A program made the translations under genes and the position numbers. A stretch of 64,000 bases of DNA, from the IMG/VR virus record IMGVR_UViG_3300042691_019444, positions 1-64,000 of that record; one strand, written 5' to 3'. Shown in pieces: positions 55,624 through 64,000 of the stretch. The stretch is from a virus. The notes beneath the pieces are model-generated. The model was not told the DNA's origin and did no database searches. It saw only the letters and a list, made by a program, of their open reading frames with translations. How positions within the stretch are numbered: the first letter of the stretch is position 1; the number at the start of each line of letters is the position of its first letter.

Positions 55624-56169
55624 ATGATCGAGCGTATCGTAGCCAATCCGGACCATGAAAATGTATTCCCAATCGGGCTTGCCCTAGAGCCCGAGTATGC
55701 GGCAATTGCACGCGCGCAAGGCGCCATCCTGCTCCCCTATGATTACGAGTTTGCTATGTGCAACCCCATCGGGGCATTCAATAGGGTTGAGTATGGTACC
55801 TATTCGGCAAACGGTAGTCGACGAGGGACACCCCTAATTCAATTCCAAGTGAAGGTGGGGGCGATGCTGTATGCGGATTGCCTAAGTCGTATTCATTGGG
55901 TGGCCTGCATCGTTCCTCGGAACGTTGCAACATCACGGCTGAACGTAAACATGAATGCGATGTTGCAAGGGGGGCTGAACGTGGTGCATCCGCAGAATGC
56001 AACCCCGTCAATCAAGTTCGATCAATTCCAAAGCACAGCTCCCGTATGTATTGGTGGTGAATTCGACATCAATCCAGTCATTCCGGCGTTCTATGGTTTC
56101 GGACTCCACGCGCATTCGGTGTATGACGTAGAATGCTTGTGGGTAGCGATGAGTAGGACTCGGAGGTAG
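55624..56169 (+). CDS. Hypothetical protein preceding the head module
   Basis: SD AGGAGG. Confidence 0.6.
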   Translation: MIERIVANPDHENVFPIGLALEPEYAAIARAQGAILLPYDYEFAMCNPIGAFNRVEYGTYSANGSRRGTPLIQFQVKVGAMLYADCLSRIHWVACIVPRNVATSRLNVNMNAMLQGGLNVVHPQNATPSIKFDQFQSTAPVCIGGEFDINPVIPAFYGFGLHAHSVYDVECLWVAMSRTRR

Positions 56170-56423
56170 TGATGTTCAATAAGGCGTTGATATGGATTGC
56201 GGCAAGATTTGAGAAGCTATCAGTCACACTGAAGTTGAGAGCCCTGAGCAACGATGGCAATTCTGTCAATGACCGAGTTGTGCCATACCCTCCCATCATA
56301 TCGACAGACGGACTGAGCATGAGATGTCCACTAACCGAGACTGAGGTACGGCGGGAGATGGTTACTAAACCGGAGATGCCTAGTGTGTTGAGGGGCAGTC
56401 TCCAAGATAGGATAAAGCGATGA
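56169..56423 (+). CDS. Hypothetical protein
   Basis: SD GGAGG. Confidence 0.5.
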   Translation: MMFNKALIWIAARFEKLSVTLKLRALSNDGNSVNDRVVPYPPIISTDGLSMRCPLTETEVRREMVTKPEMPSVLRGSLQDRIKR

Positions 56424-58552
56424 ACGAGCCTATCGACTACCAATCCGCATATGGGTTCAGCCCTAACTCTGCAACGTTCAGGGTCGCTAAGCTGGCGGAC
56501 ACTGAACGGTATAAGGAGATGACGTATTGGGAACGGTATTTCCAATGCAAACAACACGACCATAAGCGGTACGATTTTTCGGGGAGGTTGATAAAGAGTA
56601 TGGTTGGGTACGCCCAACCACTGCTCTCAACCACAACATCGGTCTACGTACCCCTACAGGAACGCAGGCCGAGCGTTCCGTATCGCATAGTGCGGATTAT
56701 CGTCAACTCCTTCACAAAGATGACATTCGGTGAAGGTAGGTTTCCGGACTTCAATGTACCTTCCGACAAGGACGCTGATGCGTTCGTTGATGAGCTGAGT
56801 AAAGTTGCGGGGTTGCCCAGCAAAATGATTCAGGCTCGTAACATCGGAGGGGCTGCGGGAACGGTGGGGTTGTCGTGGTGTTACCTAAATGGCAATCCGC
56901 TCGTAGACGTGCACAACGGTAAGAACTTGTACGTACACGAGTGGGCCGATTGGGTGAACAGGGTGCCCAATCACGTGACTGAAGTTTACAAGTACCGAAA
57001 GGACGTATGGGACCCTGAGAAGAAACAACAAGTGCGAGAGGAGTATTGGTATAGGCGTGATTGGACTCCTCAGGCTGATGTGGTGTTTCAAGATGTCAAG
57101 GTGAAGGGGTCAGAGGAGCCGAATTGGGTTGTGGACGAAGAGCGGACTAAGCTCCACGATGACGGCTTCTGCCACTTTATTTGGATTCGCAATTTACCCG
57201 GTACGGACGATTCCCAAGATGGGTTGCCGGACTGTGAAGGAGTGTGGGAACAATCAGACTCCCTCGATATGGCGTGGAGTGTGTTATGCAGGGGTACGAT
57301 TCTGAATCTCGACCCCACACTCAAGCTCAAAATGGACCCCGAAGCGATTGATTACGCGTTCGTGCGTAAGGGGTCTGACCAGGCGATTGTTACGGGTAAA
57401 GACGGAGACGCCTCGTACTTGGAGTTGGCGGGTACGAGTGTGAATGCCGGACTGTCGCTTGTGAAGGAGTTACGTACACAAATTCTCGAAACGACTGAGT
57501 GTGTGATTCCGGACCCCGATAAGATTGCGGCAGCCGGTACGAGTGCAGTTGCCCTCAAAATGATCTATGCCCTTATGTTGGGGAAAACTGACATCTTGAG
57601 GGAGCAATATGGGAAAGCACTGCACGAGTTGGTTCGACAGATGCTTATGGTTGCTCAGAAATACTACAGTCCTCATGAAGAGCAGATTGTTGATGAGACT
57701 ACTGGTGAGGTGAAGACCGAACTAGTGCAGGGCATTGTCAATCTACCGCTCAAGGTTGTTGAGACGGAATCCGAAGACCCTGATAGCAACGAAATAACCA
57801 TCACACTTGAACCTCACAATCCTGGGAGCAATTCCCAAATTGAACTTGTGTGGGGACCGTATTTCAAACCAACTGCCGATGACCATCAGAAGATTGCGAC
57901 TACGTTGGTTCAGGCCACGGGCGGTAAAGCATTCTGTGGTACGAAGACCGCAATTGATGTCTTTGCTGCGGTATTGTCTCGCGACCCAAGTAAGATGCTT
58001 GAGGATCTGAAACATGACGAACACGCTACCCGTCAAGCCGCAATGGAGATTGCGACCGATATGGATGCGGCAATGAATGCAGGGGGTGAAACTGAACCGC
58101 CAGAACTTGAAGATCCGGTATCTCAGGAGGCGGCAGCACAGCAACCACAACCCCCAGCAATGCCGGGGGCTCCTGCTGCTCCTCAGCAGCCTCTACAACA
58201 GATGCCCCGTATCAACATTACTGCTACCGACGTGGCTTCAATCGTGCTCGTAAACGAGGCGCGTGCGAGCCAAGGATTGGGACCTATGGTGAAGCCGGAT
58301 GGTTCGATGGATCCGGATGGTTTCATGACCGTAGCGCTGTTCAAGGCTAAGACTGCAAACATCCTTGCGGCAGTCGCTAACGCGGAGAAGGGTCAGGTTG
58401 GAATCAAGTCTGCAAACGAACCACCCCCAGCACCGTTCGGTGGTAATGGCCCTCCGCAAAAGGGACCCCCTCAAAAGGGACCCCCTCAAAAGGGACCCCC
58501 TAATGCTCCTCCGGATGAGAAGCAATTTCCCCCCGATGCGGAATCGAAGTAA
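56420..58552 (+). CDS. Portal protein (SPP1 gp6-like) with Pro/Gln-rich C-terminal extension
   Basis: Size and position before MuF, scaffold and capsid; H..GF..FIWIRNLP, DASYLE, SAVALK, ELVWGPYF. Confidence 0.8.
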   Translation: MNEPIDYQSAYGFSPNSATFRVAKLADTERYKEMTYWERYFQCKQHDHKRYDFSGRLIKSMVGYAQPLLSTTTSVYVPLQERRPSVPYRIVRIIVNSFTKMTFGEGRFPDFNVPSDKDADAFVDELSKVAGLPSKMIQARNIGGAAGTVGLSWCYLNGNPLVDVHNGKNLYVHEWADWVNRVPNHVTEVYKYRKDVWDPEKKQQVREEYWYRRDWTPQADVVFQDVKVKGSEEPNWVVDEERTKLHDDGFCHFIWIRNLPGTDDSQDGLPDCEGVWEQSDSLDMAWSVLCRGTILNLDPTLKLKMDPEAIDYAFVRKGSDQAIVTGKDGDASYLELAGTSVNAGLSLVKELRTQILETTECVIPDPDKIAAAGTSAVALKMIYALMLGKTDILREQYGKALHELVRQMLMVAQKYYSPHEEQIVDETTGEVKTELVQGIVNLPLKVVETESEDPDSNEITITLEPHNPGSNSQIELVWGPYFKPTADDHQKIATTLVQATGGKAFCGTKTAIDVFAAVLSRDPSKMLEDLKHDEHATRQAAMEIATDMDAAMNAGGETEPPELEDPVSQEAAAQQPQPPAMPGAPAAPQQPLQQMPRINITATDVASIVLVNEARASQGLGPMVKPDGSMDPDGFMTVALFKAKTANILAAVANAEKGQVGIKSANEPPPAPFGGNGPPQKGPPQKGPPQKGPPNAPPDEKQFPPDAESK
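58451..58502 (+). repeat. 15-bp tandem repeat encoding PPQKG x3
   Basis: CCTC(A/C)(A/G)...AAGGGACCC units visible. Confidence 0.75.
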
Positions 58553-58561
58553 CCTGTCGGC

Positions 58562-59713
58562 ATGGCCGATCCATCTCCCAAACGTAAACGCCCCCAAGTA
58601 GAATCCGAAACAGTGCGAGCGCAACGCCCGGTCGTGTACTCGCGCGCGGCCGCAACACGTGTTGCGGAAGCCGAGTTATTGAATCGGAGACAAGCCACCG
58701 ATTACGCGAGCAAAGTCGGAATCGATAAGGTCAAAAAGACTTTGAACGATGCGCGTGAAGACCTAAAGGATCGAACGCGTAAGCTGCATCCGGCCTTAGG
58801 TGACGACACCTTCACAGCCATGCATCTGAAAGCAACTATGATTCAGATTGATATTGTGGTTGGGAACATGAAGCCGGATATTGCGTCAGCCGTGAGTGAG
58901 TCAAAGCAGATTGCGGCAGATAGGGCGCAAGAGAACAGTCTGAAGACGCTAAGTGCCATTGACTCACGGTTTGAAGGGTTGGTTAGGGGCATGCCGTTGG
59001 AGGTTGCGATGCAGTTCGACCCGGATGCCGTGGGTAAGAATGCATCGATACTTAGACGTCTAATGGAATCACCAGAATCCGACTCAGTAGGGAATGCCAT
59101 TATGGAGCGGTATGGGACCGCCGTAGTGGGTGCATTTGAGGATAAGTTGAGAGTCGGTATGGTGACCGGTAAGTCGTTTGCGGAAATGCGCGAGGACTTG
59201 ATAGCGGAGTCTACTTGGCTACAGTCACAACCCATGTATTGGGCTCAACGGATAGTGCGCACTGAAGTGATGGGTGCCTATTCGAGAGCTGCATTGGAGA
59301 ATGCTAAAGATGCCAATAAGATTCTAGGCGATATGGTCAAGATTCTGGTGGCGGGGTTTGATGACCGTACCGCATGGGACTCATATCAGGTGCATGGACA
59401 AATTAGGAAGTTGAGCGAGCCGTTTGAGTGGATAACCCGAGACGGCCAACGCATAGCCTATATGACTCCCCCTAACCGCCCCAATGACCGCGAAACCGTA
59501 ATCTATCACAGGGTTGTGATGCCAATTCCTGATGACCTGAAACCGGTATCTGATGCGGAATATGAGGCGGTGTTTGTGAAGCAATGTAAGAGCAAGAAGA
59601 ACAAGTCTCCATCACCCCCCGCACGCCCGCGTATGACAACCGTCCCCCTAACATGGTTTGGGACTGGTATTCCGGACGACATGCAATCCGATTTCGAAGC
59701 GGCTAGTGAGTGA
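58562..59713 (+). CDS. Minor head protein (MuF / SPP1 gp7-like)
   Basis: RIVRTEVMGAY, DDRT, HGQIR...PF, PPNRPNDR. Confidence 0.8.
   Translation: MADPSPKRKRPQVESETVRAQRPVVYSRAAATRVAEAELLNRRQATDYASKVGIDKVKKTLNDAREDLKDRTRKLHPALGDDTFTAMHLKATMIQIDIVVGNMKPDIASAVSESKQIAADRAQENSLKTLSAIDSRFEGLVRGMPLEVAMQFDPDAVGKNASILRRLMESPESDSVGNAIMERYGTAVVGAFEDKLRVGMVTGKSFAEMREDLIAESTWLQSQPMYWAQRIVRTEVMGAYSRAALENAKDANKILGDMVKILVAGFDDRTAWDSYQVHGQIRKLSEPFEWITRDGQRIAYMTPPNRPNDRETVIYHRVVMPIPDDLKPVSDAEYEAVFVKQCKSKKNKSPSPPARPRMTTVPLTWFGTGIPDDMQSDFEAASE
58650..58667. repeat. Dispersed palindrome core, in frame in the MuF N-terminus
   Basis: Exact 18-bp core; encodes AATRVAE. Confidence 0.95.
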
Positions 59714-59741
59714 TGTAGAATCACATTGAAAGGACTGCAAC

Positions 59742-59933
59742 ATGCCTATGAAGAACATGACCAATGGGACGCCAAATCTGACCAGTCAGAGCAAGAAGAA
59801 GGCATACGAATCAGAAGGTGTGACATCTGAGATGGTAACCAAATTGCCATTCATGGATGAGGTTGGGGACGACCATGAACCCGCCATCGAATGGCCTGAA
59901 GTGGATACGCCAACCGTTTTCAAGGTGAAGTGA
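59742..59933 (+). CDS. Hypothetical protein
   Basis: SD AAGGA. Confidence 0.55.
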   Translation: MPMKNMTNGTPNLTSQSKKKAYESEGVTSEMVTKLPFMDEVGDDHEPAIEWPEVDTPTVFKVK

Positions 59934-60547
59934 TGGCTGAACAATCTCGTGATGATAAGGGGCGATTTGCCGGGGGATCTGGAGGGTCTTCTGGTTCATT
60001 TGGTAAACAGATGAAAGCATTTGGGGAAAGGGGTGGTGCGAATGCTGAACGCGGATTGGCAAATATAGGGCAATCCGCGAAAATGAAAGGGCACGACAAA
60101 GCATTCAAAGATGCGAGTGCCCGCGCAAACACTGAGAATACATCTCAATCGCACCGCGAAGCGGCATCGCGAGCGAAAGCTGCGGGTGAAGTTGCAACGC
60201 GTGAACGACAACCCGCCAGTGAATACAAACGCGCTCACGAAGAGCATAGTGAAAAGGCCGCCGATTTAGAACGTAAGGAGATTCAATCATTAGGCGATAA
60301 GTCGACACACACGGCTCGTGCCGAAGAGGCCAGTAAATCTGCTGATAAGGTAGGAGCTTCGGCGAAAACGCGTGACGATCATAATCGGGCATTTGATGCA
60401 CATTCGCACGCATCAACCATGCACGGTAAAGCGCGAAACGAAGCAATGCGAGCAGGCAAAAAAGACTTAGCAGAACGGCACGGGTCTGAAATGAAGAGGC
60501 ACTATAACGCGGCTGAGAAACATAGCGATATTGCGGATTCACTATAA
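59933..60547 (+). CDS. Ala/His-rich helical protein with RDxxGRF motif (possible internal head protein)
   Basis: QSRDDKGRFAGG; repeated HxxA helices. Confidence 0.6.
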   Translation: MAEQSRDDKGRFAGGSGGSSGSFGKQMKAFGERGGANAERGLANIGQSAKMKGHDKAFKDASARANTENTSQSHREAASRAKAAGEVATRERQPASEYKRAHEEHSEKAADLERKEIQSLGDKSTHTARAEEASKSADKVGASAKTRDDHNRAFDAHSHASTMHGKARNEAMRAGKKDLAERHGSEMKRHYNAAEKHSDIADSL

Positions 60548-60566
60548 CCGCAACACGTGTTGCGGA
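60547..60566. repeat. Dispersed palindrome
   Basis: Exact core overlapping the stop codon. Confidence 0.95.
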
Positions 60567-60576
60567 GAGGCCAACA

Positions 60577-60873
60577 ATGTCTGAATCGTTGAAAGCGTTA
60601 GCTCGCAAAATTCAGAAGGCTAGGGAGGAAGCCCTCAATAACTTGTCGAGAGCCGCTAAACAACAATCGGAAGAACAGCAGTCCATCTTGGACTCAATGT
60701 CCAATGTCAAGCGGCGATTGACTGGCAGCGGTGATGCTGCCAATATCTCCAAGCGTGTGTTGACTCAGCTCTCCAGGTCTGAGCGCGCATATAAGGGTTG
60801 GGAAACCCGCCGAAACAACAAGGAGCAAGACAATGGCAATGGGACAACAGACGGGGACAGCGAATCACTCTGA
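60577..60873 (+). CDS. Hypothetical basic protein
   Basis: RAYKGWETRR motif. Confidence 0.55.
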   Translation: MSESLKALARKIQKAREEALNNLSRAAKQQSEEQQSILDSMSNVKRRLTGSGDAANISKRVLTQLSRSERAYKGWETRRNNKEQDNGNGTTDGDSESL

Positions 60874-61054
60874 TGCGGATACGCAATGTGTCCAGAAAGA
60901 CGGAGACACCACGAAGGAACCCGATGTGAACAGCAAGTTCACCGCCGAAGGTGGGGTATCCATCTTTGATGACCTGGAAGCCGGTAAGGAGTCGGGGTTT
61001 GACGAAGGTGTCGGGTCGATTGGTGTTGGGAAGAAACCATTCAACGTCCGATAA
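60833..61054 (+). CDS. Small acidic hypothetical protein
   Basis: SD AAGGAG. Confidence 0.55.
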   Translation: MAMGQQTGTANHSDADTQCVQKDGDTTKEPDVNSKFTAEGGVSIFDDLEAGKESGFDEGVGSIGVGKKPFNVR

Positions 61055-61063
61055 GGAGCAATC

Positions 61064-61474
61064 ATGGGCCAGACTCGTCTCGACGGAAGTCTACAAGCGG
61101 GACCCCCTAACGCATCTGAAGGGACGTTTCCGGCTTCCCAAACAACCATCCCATTGGTACTGACTCCTAATCCCAAACCGTGGCAAGTCGCTGAACCTAC
61201 GTTGACGCGTAGGGTCAATTCACCATCCCCATCCTGGAAGACCCTATCGGGTATTGGGGCGAATGACACCGTAACTGAGGCTCATTTCATTTATCTGCGT
61301 ACTGATTCGCAGTTGTCGGTGCGAATTACGCAAGAAGTGAATGGGGACCCCGTAACCGCAACCCTGAATGTTCGTGGGTTGCTAATTCTCGAAGTGTCTG
61401 ACTCCGAACCAATCACATTGGTTGAAGTACAGGGCACCGCAACACTCGATTTCTACGCACAAGGACAGAGGTGA
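61064..61474 (+). CDS. Putative virion protein
   Basis: Beta-rich; head module; SD AAGGAG. Confidence 0.55.
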   Translation: MGQTRLDGSLQAGPPNASEGTFPASQTTIPLVLTPNPKPWQVAEPTLTRRVNSPSPSWKTLSGIGANDTVTEAHFIYLRTDSQLSVRITQEVNGDPVTATLNVRGLLILEVSDSEPITLVEVQGTATLDFYAQGQR

Positions 61475-61477
61475 TAC

Positions 61478-62107
61478 ATGAGCACTGTGAAAGAGTCTTT
61501 TGATCAAGCCAACCCGAACACCATCGCCGATCTGCTGAGGGCAATTGGGTTCGGAAACGTGTTGGCGGGACTGCGACGTCAGGTCATTCGAGCGTCGTTG
61601 TCTTCACACAAGTTGGTTCTGCCCAACATCATGAAGTGTCAGCGCCTTGTTGGCGTGTACGCACGTGTGGGAACGGGCACTCCCGGTGCACAATCAATTC
61701 AGACTGTCGGGGCAACTCCATCGGCCGGACAGGTTGCTCAGACCCATACGGGTGACGTGTTGTTCGCATCGGCCGATGCGTGGACAGAAGTTGATGTGGA
61801 GTACGAGCCCGTATTGGGTGAAGTGGTCTCGCTCTCATCCAAGCCCGTTGTGTCCAATACGTTCTCCGCTCCAGGTGCACTGACCCTCATCTCTGCCGTT
61901 GGGTACACGAGTGCAGGCGCCACGGTAGCCCTCACGGTTGTGGCTCCCGGTACGTCGGTGACGACCGGACAAGTCGCACTCGCTGCGAGCAAGAATGCAG
62001 TCAACTTCGCATCCGCAGACTCCATCGTTCGCGCAGACGCTGTCTATATCAAGGGCTACGCGAGCGAACCCGGTGCCGTATTGGCATCCACGAGCAACAT
62101 TCTGTAA
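61478..62107 (+). CDS. Putative head decoration/structural protein with internal duplication
   Basis: Two repeats of GQVA...V.FASAD. Confidence 0.55.
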   Translation: MSTVKESFDQANPNTIADLLRAIGFGNVLAGLRRQVIRASLSSHKLVLPNIMKCQRLVGVYARVGTGTPGAQSIQTVGATPSAGQVAQTHTGDVLFASADAWTEVDVEYEPVLGEVVSLSSKPVVSNTFSAPGALTLISAVGYTSAGATVALTVVAPGTSVTTGQVALAASKNAVNFASADSIVRADAVYIKGYASEPGAVLASTSNIL

Positions 62108-62141
62108 TCCGCTGTAGGTCAGTTCAATCAGGAGGCCCCTC

Positions 62142-63002
62142 ATGCCCACTAAATCGACAGATACCAACGAGTTCATTTCATCTCTGGTCAACCCGGTTGT
62201 TACCGAAGGTTCGGGCGGTAGTGCGGACGGTTCGGAGACTAAGTCGGATACCAAACAAGGCGAGACTAAGTCGGATACCAAAGAGACCAAGTCCGGCTCA
62301 GACGAAACCAAACCAGAAACCAAACGGAAGGCCGATGACGGCGAGGATGTAGATGTGGATGAGAATGAGCGCGTCACAATGACGTTCGCTCAGTTTCAGA
62401 AGCGTCTCAAGCAAGCCCAGCGAGCAGTTCTGCGCGGTACGTTTGAATCCGATGATGTTCAGAAGATCCGGAAAGACTGGGAGAAGTCACAAGCGGCGCT
62501 GAAGGAACTCAATGAGATCAAGAAGTCGAGAATGGATGAGGTTGAAAGGGCGAAGAAGGAAGCCGAGGAAGCCAAACTCCAACTCGCTGAGCTTGAGAAT
62601 TCGGTGAAGGAACGTGAGCTGAATGACCTAGCTAACCGGGGCGAACAGGAAGTCCTGAACGTGGCAAAGAAGTTCATTCATTCCGACTACATCGAGGATG
62701 CTGTGCTGCTATTCCAGGGACACCTTGGGAAGTTGAGTGAAGCTGAGTTGGAGCAACTAACGCCTGAGAGTGTCAATTCGTGGTTCAAGGATTACGTCAA
62801 ACGGCGTCCTGCATTGGCCGTCTCAAGTGGCGAGAAGTCGGATAAACCGCAGCCTCGTCCAATCAATAGTGGGGCTGCCCCAAACAAGCCAAATTCGGAT
62901 GACAAGTCCGCACTTGCGAAGACCCCACGTCCTGGGCAACCCAATTCAATGACTCGTGCGGAATGGGATGATTTCAAGCGTCGCAATGGCTTGGATTACT
63001 AA
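62142..63002 (+). CDS. Capsid scaffolding protein
   Basis: Low-complexity N-terminus (ETKSDTK repeats), coiled coil, RPAL, MTRAEWDDFKRR tail; directly upstream of the capsid gene. Confidence 0.75.
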   Translation: MPTKSTDTNEFISSLVNPVVTEGSGGSADGSETKSDTKQGETKSDTKETKSGSDETKPETKRKADDGEDVDVDENERVTMTFAQFQKRLKQAQRAVLRGTFESDDVQKIRKDWEKSQAALKELNEIKKSRMDEVERAKKEAEEAKLQLAELENSVKERELNDLANRGEQEVLNVAKKFIHSDYIEDAVLLFQGHLGKLSEAELEQLTPESVNSWFKDYVKRRPALAVSSGEKSDKPQPRPINSGAAPNKPNSDDKSALAKTPRPGQPNSMTRAEWDDFKRRNGLDY

Positions 63003-63012
63003 TCCCTCCTTC

Positions 63013-63032
63013 ACCGCAATACGTGTTGCGGT
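63013..63032. repeat. Dispersed palindrome variant (CAATACGTG)
   Basis: One C>T mismatch. Confidence 0.9.
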
Positions 63033-63053
63033 GCACTCCCCAACAATCAACGA

Positions 63054-63081
63054 TTGACAAGTTCCTATGACGGAATATCGT
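63054..63081 (+). promoter_or_regulatory. Sigma-70-like promoter upstream of the capsid gene
   Basis: TTGACA-N16-TATCGT. Confidence 0.4.
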
Positions 63082-63176
63082 CGTAGTGTTGATATGCTCC
63101 ACCACGCGACGACGGCGGCAACGGTCGGTTCGGGAGCACGCATAGCGTCACTCACACCGATTCAAGGAGAGTCCAA

Positions 63177-64000
63177 ATGTCAGGCATTATCGTAGGAATT
63201 CCCCCGGCCGTTCTCGACCTCGTTCAGCAAGGCGTACTTGAGCGCACGTTCCATGACGGGTTGTACCCGAAACTCCAATTCCGGTCTGAGGCCATGGCAG
63301 AGGAGTGGCCCGCGAACACCGGTACGGAAATGTTCATGACCCGTCCCGGTCTCCTGACTCCGGTCACGGAACCGATGGTTGCGGGTGTGGACCCTACGCC
63401 GCAAACGGTGAATCATGAGCAGTGGGTTGCGCGTCTTGCGCGTTACTCGTCTGCAATCGATACACACGCTCCCACGTCGGTTGTGTCGAATGCCAATCAG
63501 TTCCTTCGCAACATCAACCAGCTCGGTCTTCAGGCCGGTATGTCGGTCAACCGCATTGCCCGCAATGAGTTGTTCAAGGCGTACCTGTCCGGCCATACCC
63601 TCACGACCGCAGCAGTGAGTTCTGGCGACCTGACGGTTCCGGTTGCATCGCTGAACGGCTTCACTGACGTCATCATTCTCGGCACCAATACGCGCCCCGA
63701 GACCGTGAGTCCGACTCGCCCATTGCCCATCAAGATTGGCATCGGGTCCGCTCGCATTTCTCGTAACGTGGTTGGGTTCACTCCGACCGATCCGACTGAC
63801 CCCTACGGACCGGGAAGCATCGTGTTGGACGTGGCAATTCCGGTTTCCGGTTTCGCGGCACGTACGGCGGTTGTTTCGGACTACGCTCCTCGTATCATTC
63901 GTGCTGGTGGCGGTGCATCCATCGACGCCATTACGAGTTCCGATACGTTCGTGTTCCAACTCATCATCAATGCGATGAACTACCTTCGATCGAAGAACGT
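63177..64000 (+). CDS. Major capsid protein (N4-gp56-like), truncated by the window end
   Basis: SD AAGGAG; my translation MSGIIVGIPPAVLDLVQQGVLERTFHDGLYPKLQFR...LGLQAGMSVNRIARNELF; absent from the ORF track, consistent with no stop before the window end. Confidence 0.8.
   Translation, partial: MSGIIVGIPPAVLDLVQQGVLERTFHDGLYPKLQFRSEAMAEEWPANTGTEMFMTRPGLLTPVTEPMVAGVDPTPQTVNHEQWVARLARYSSAIDTHAPTSVVSNANQFLRNINQLGLQAGMSVNRIARNELFKAYLSGHTLTTAAVSSGDLTVPVASLNGFTDVIILGTNTRPETVSPTRPLPIKIGIGSARISRNVVGFTPTDPTDPYGPGSIVLDVAIPVSGFAARTAVVSDYAPRIIRAGGGASIDAITSSDTFVFQLIINAMNYLRSKN

Noticed and set aside
1338-63032. Palindrome array as a CRISPR array
   Set aside because: Copies are kilobases apart and separated by genes rather than 30-40 bp spacers; no cas genes seen
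1338-63032. Palindrome as an IS/MITE end, integron attC or intrinsic terminator
   Set aside because: No transposase or integrase in the window, no target-site duplications, no loop or attC bulges, no U tract
1338-63032. Palindrome as canonical chromosomal parS
   Set aside because: Only the CACGTG core matches TGTTTCACGTGAAACA; the arms differ and no parA is seen
37923-63032. C>T variants of the palindrome as evidence for cytosine methylation
   Set aside because: Only two events; too few to support a claim
1-64000. tRNA/rRNA genes, introns, inteins, stop-codon recoding
   Set aside because: No cloverleaf recognised by eye; core genes are uninterrupted, of normal length and end in standard stops (tRNAscan not run)

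Overview
A 64 kb segment of a large tailed dsDNA phage (Caudoviricetes) genome, with essentially all genes on the + strand. In order: small early-type genes with a type II hammerhead ribozyme; a replication/recombination module (UvrD helicase, sigma-70 region-2-like factor, acidic/basic DNA-binding protein, family B DNA polymerase, UvsY-like protein, gp32-like SSB, RecA, Mre11/SbcD, Rad50/SbcC, Holliday junction resolvase); a block of virion accessory/LamG proteins; many small accessory genes (DUF1937, DUF4942, MazG-like, Dam-like methyltransferase, NADAR, HAD phosphatase, HNH, metalloprotease) with the terminase genes scattered among them; a ParB-flanked modification cluster (ParB-N, radical SAM, GT-B, GREB1/TAGT-like GT-A, FkbM, radical SAM/SPASM, ParB-N); and the head module (portal, MuF/gp7, scaffold, N4-gp56-like major capsid running off the end). 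The strongest unexplained signal is the palindrome (A)CCGCAACACGTGTTGCGG(T). I counted it 23 times, roughly every 2.8 kb, including in-frame copies inside genes. It is often coupled to a second, strand-specific motif CGGCATAA that looks like a phage-sigma promoter. All protein calls come from motif recognition by eye; no database searches were run.
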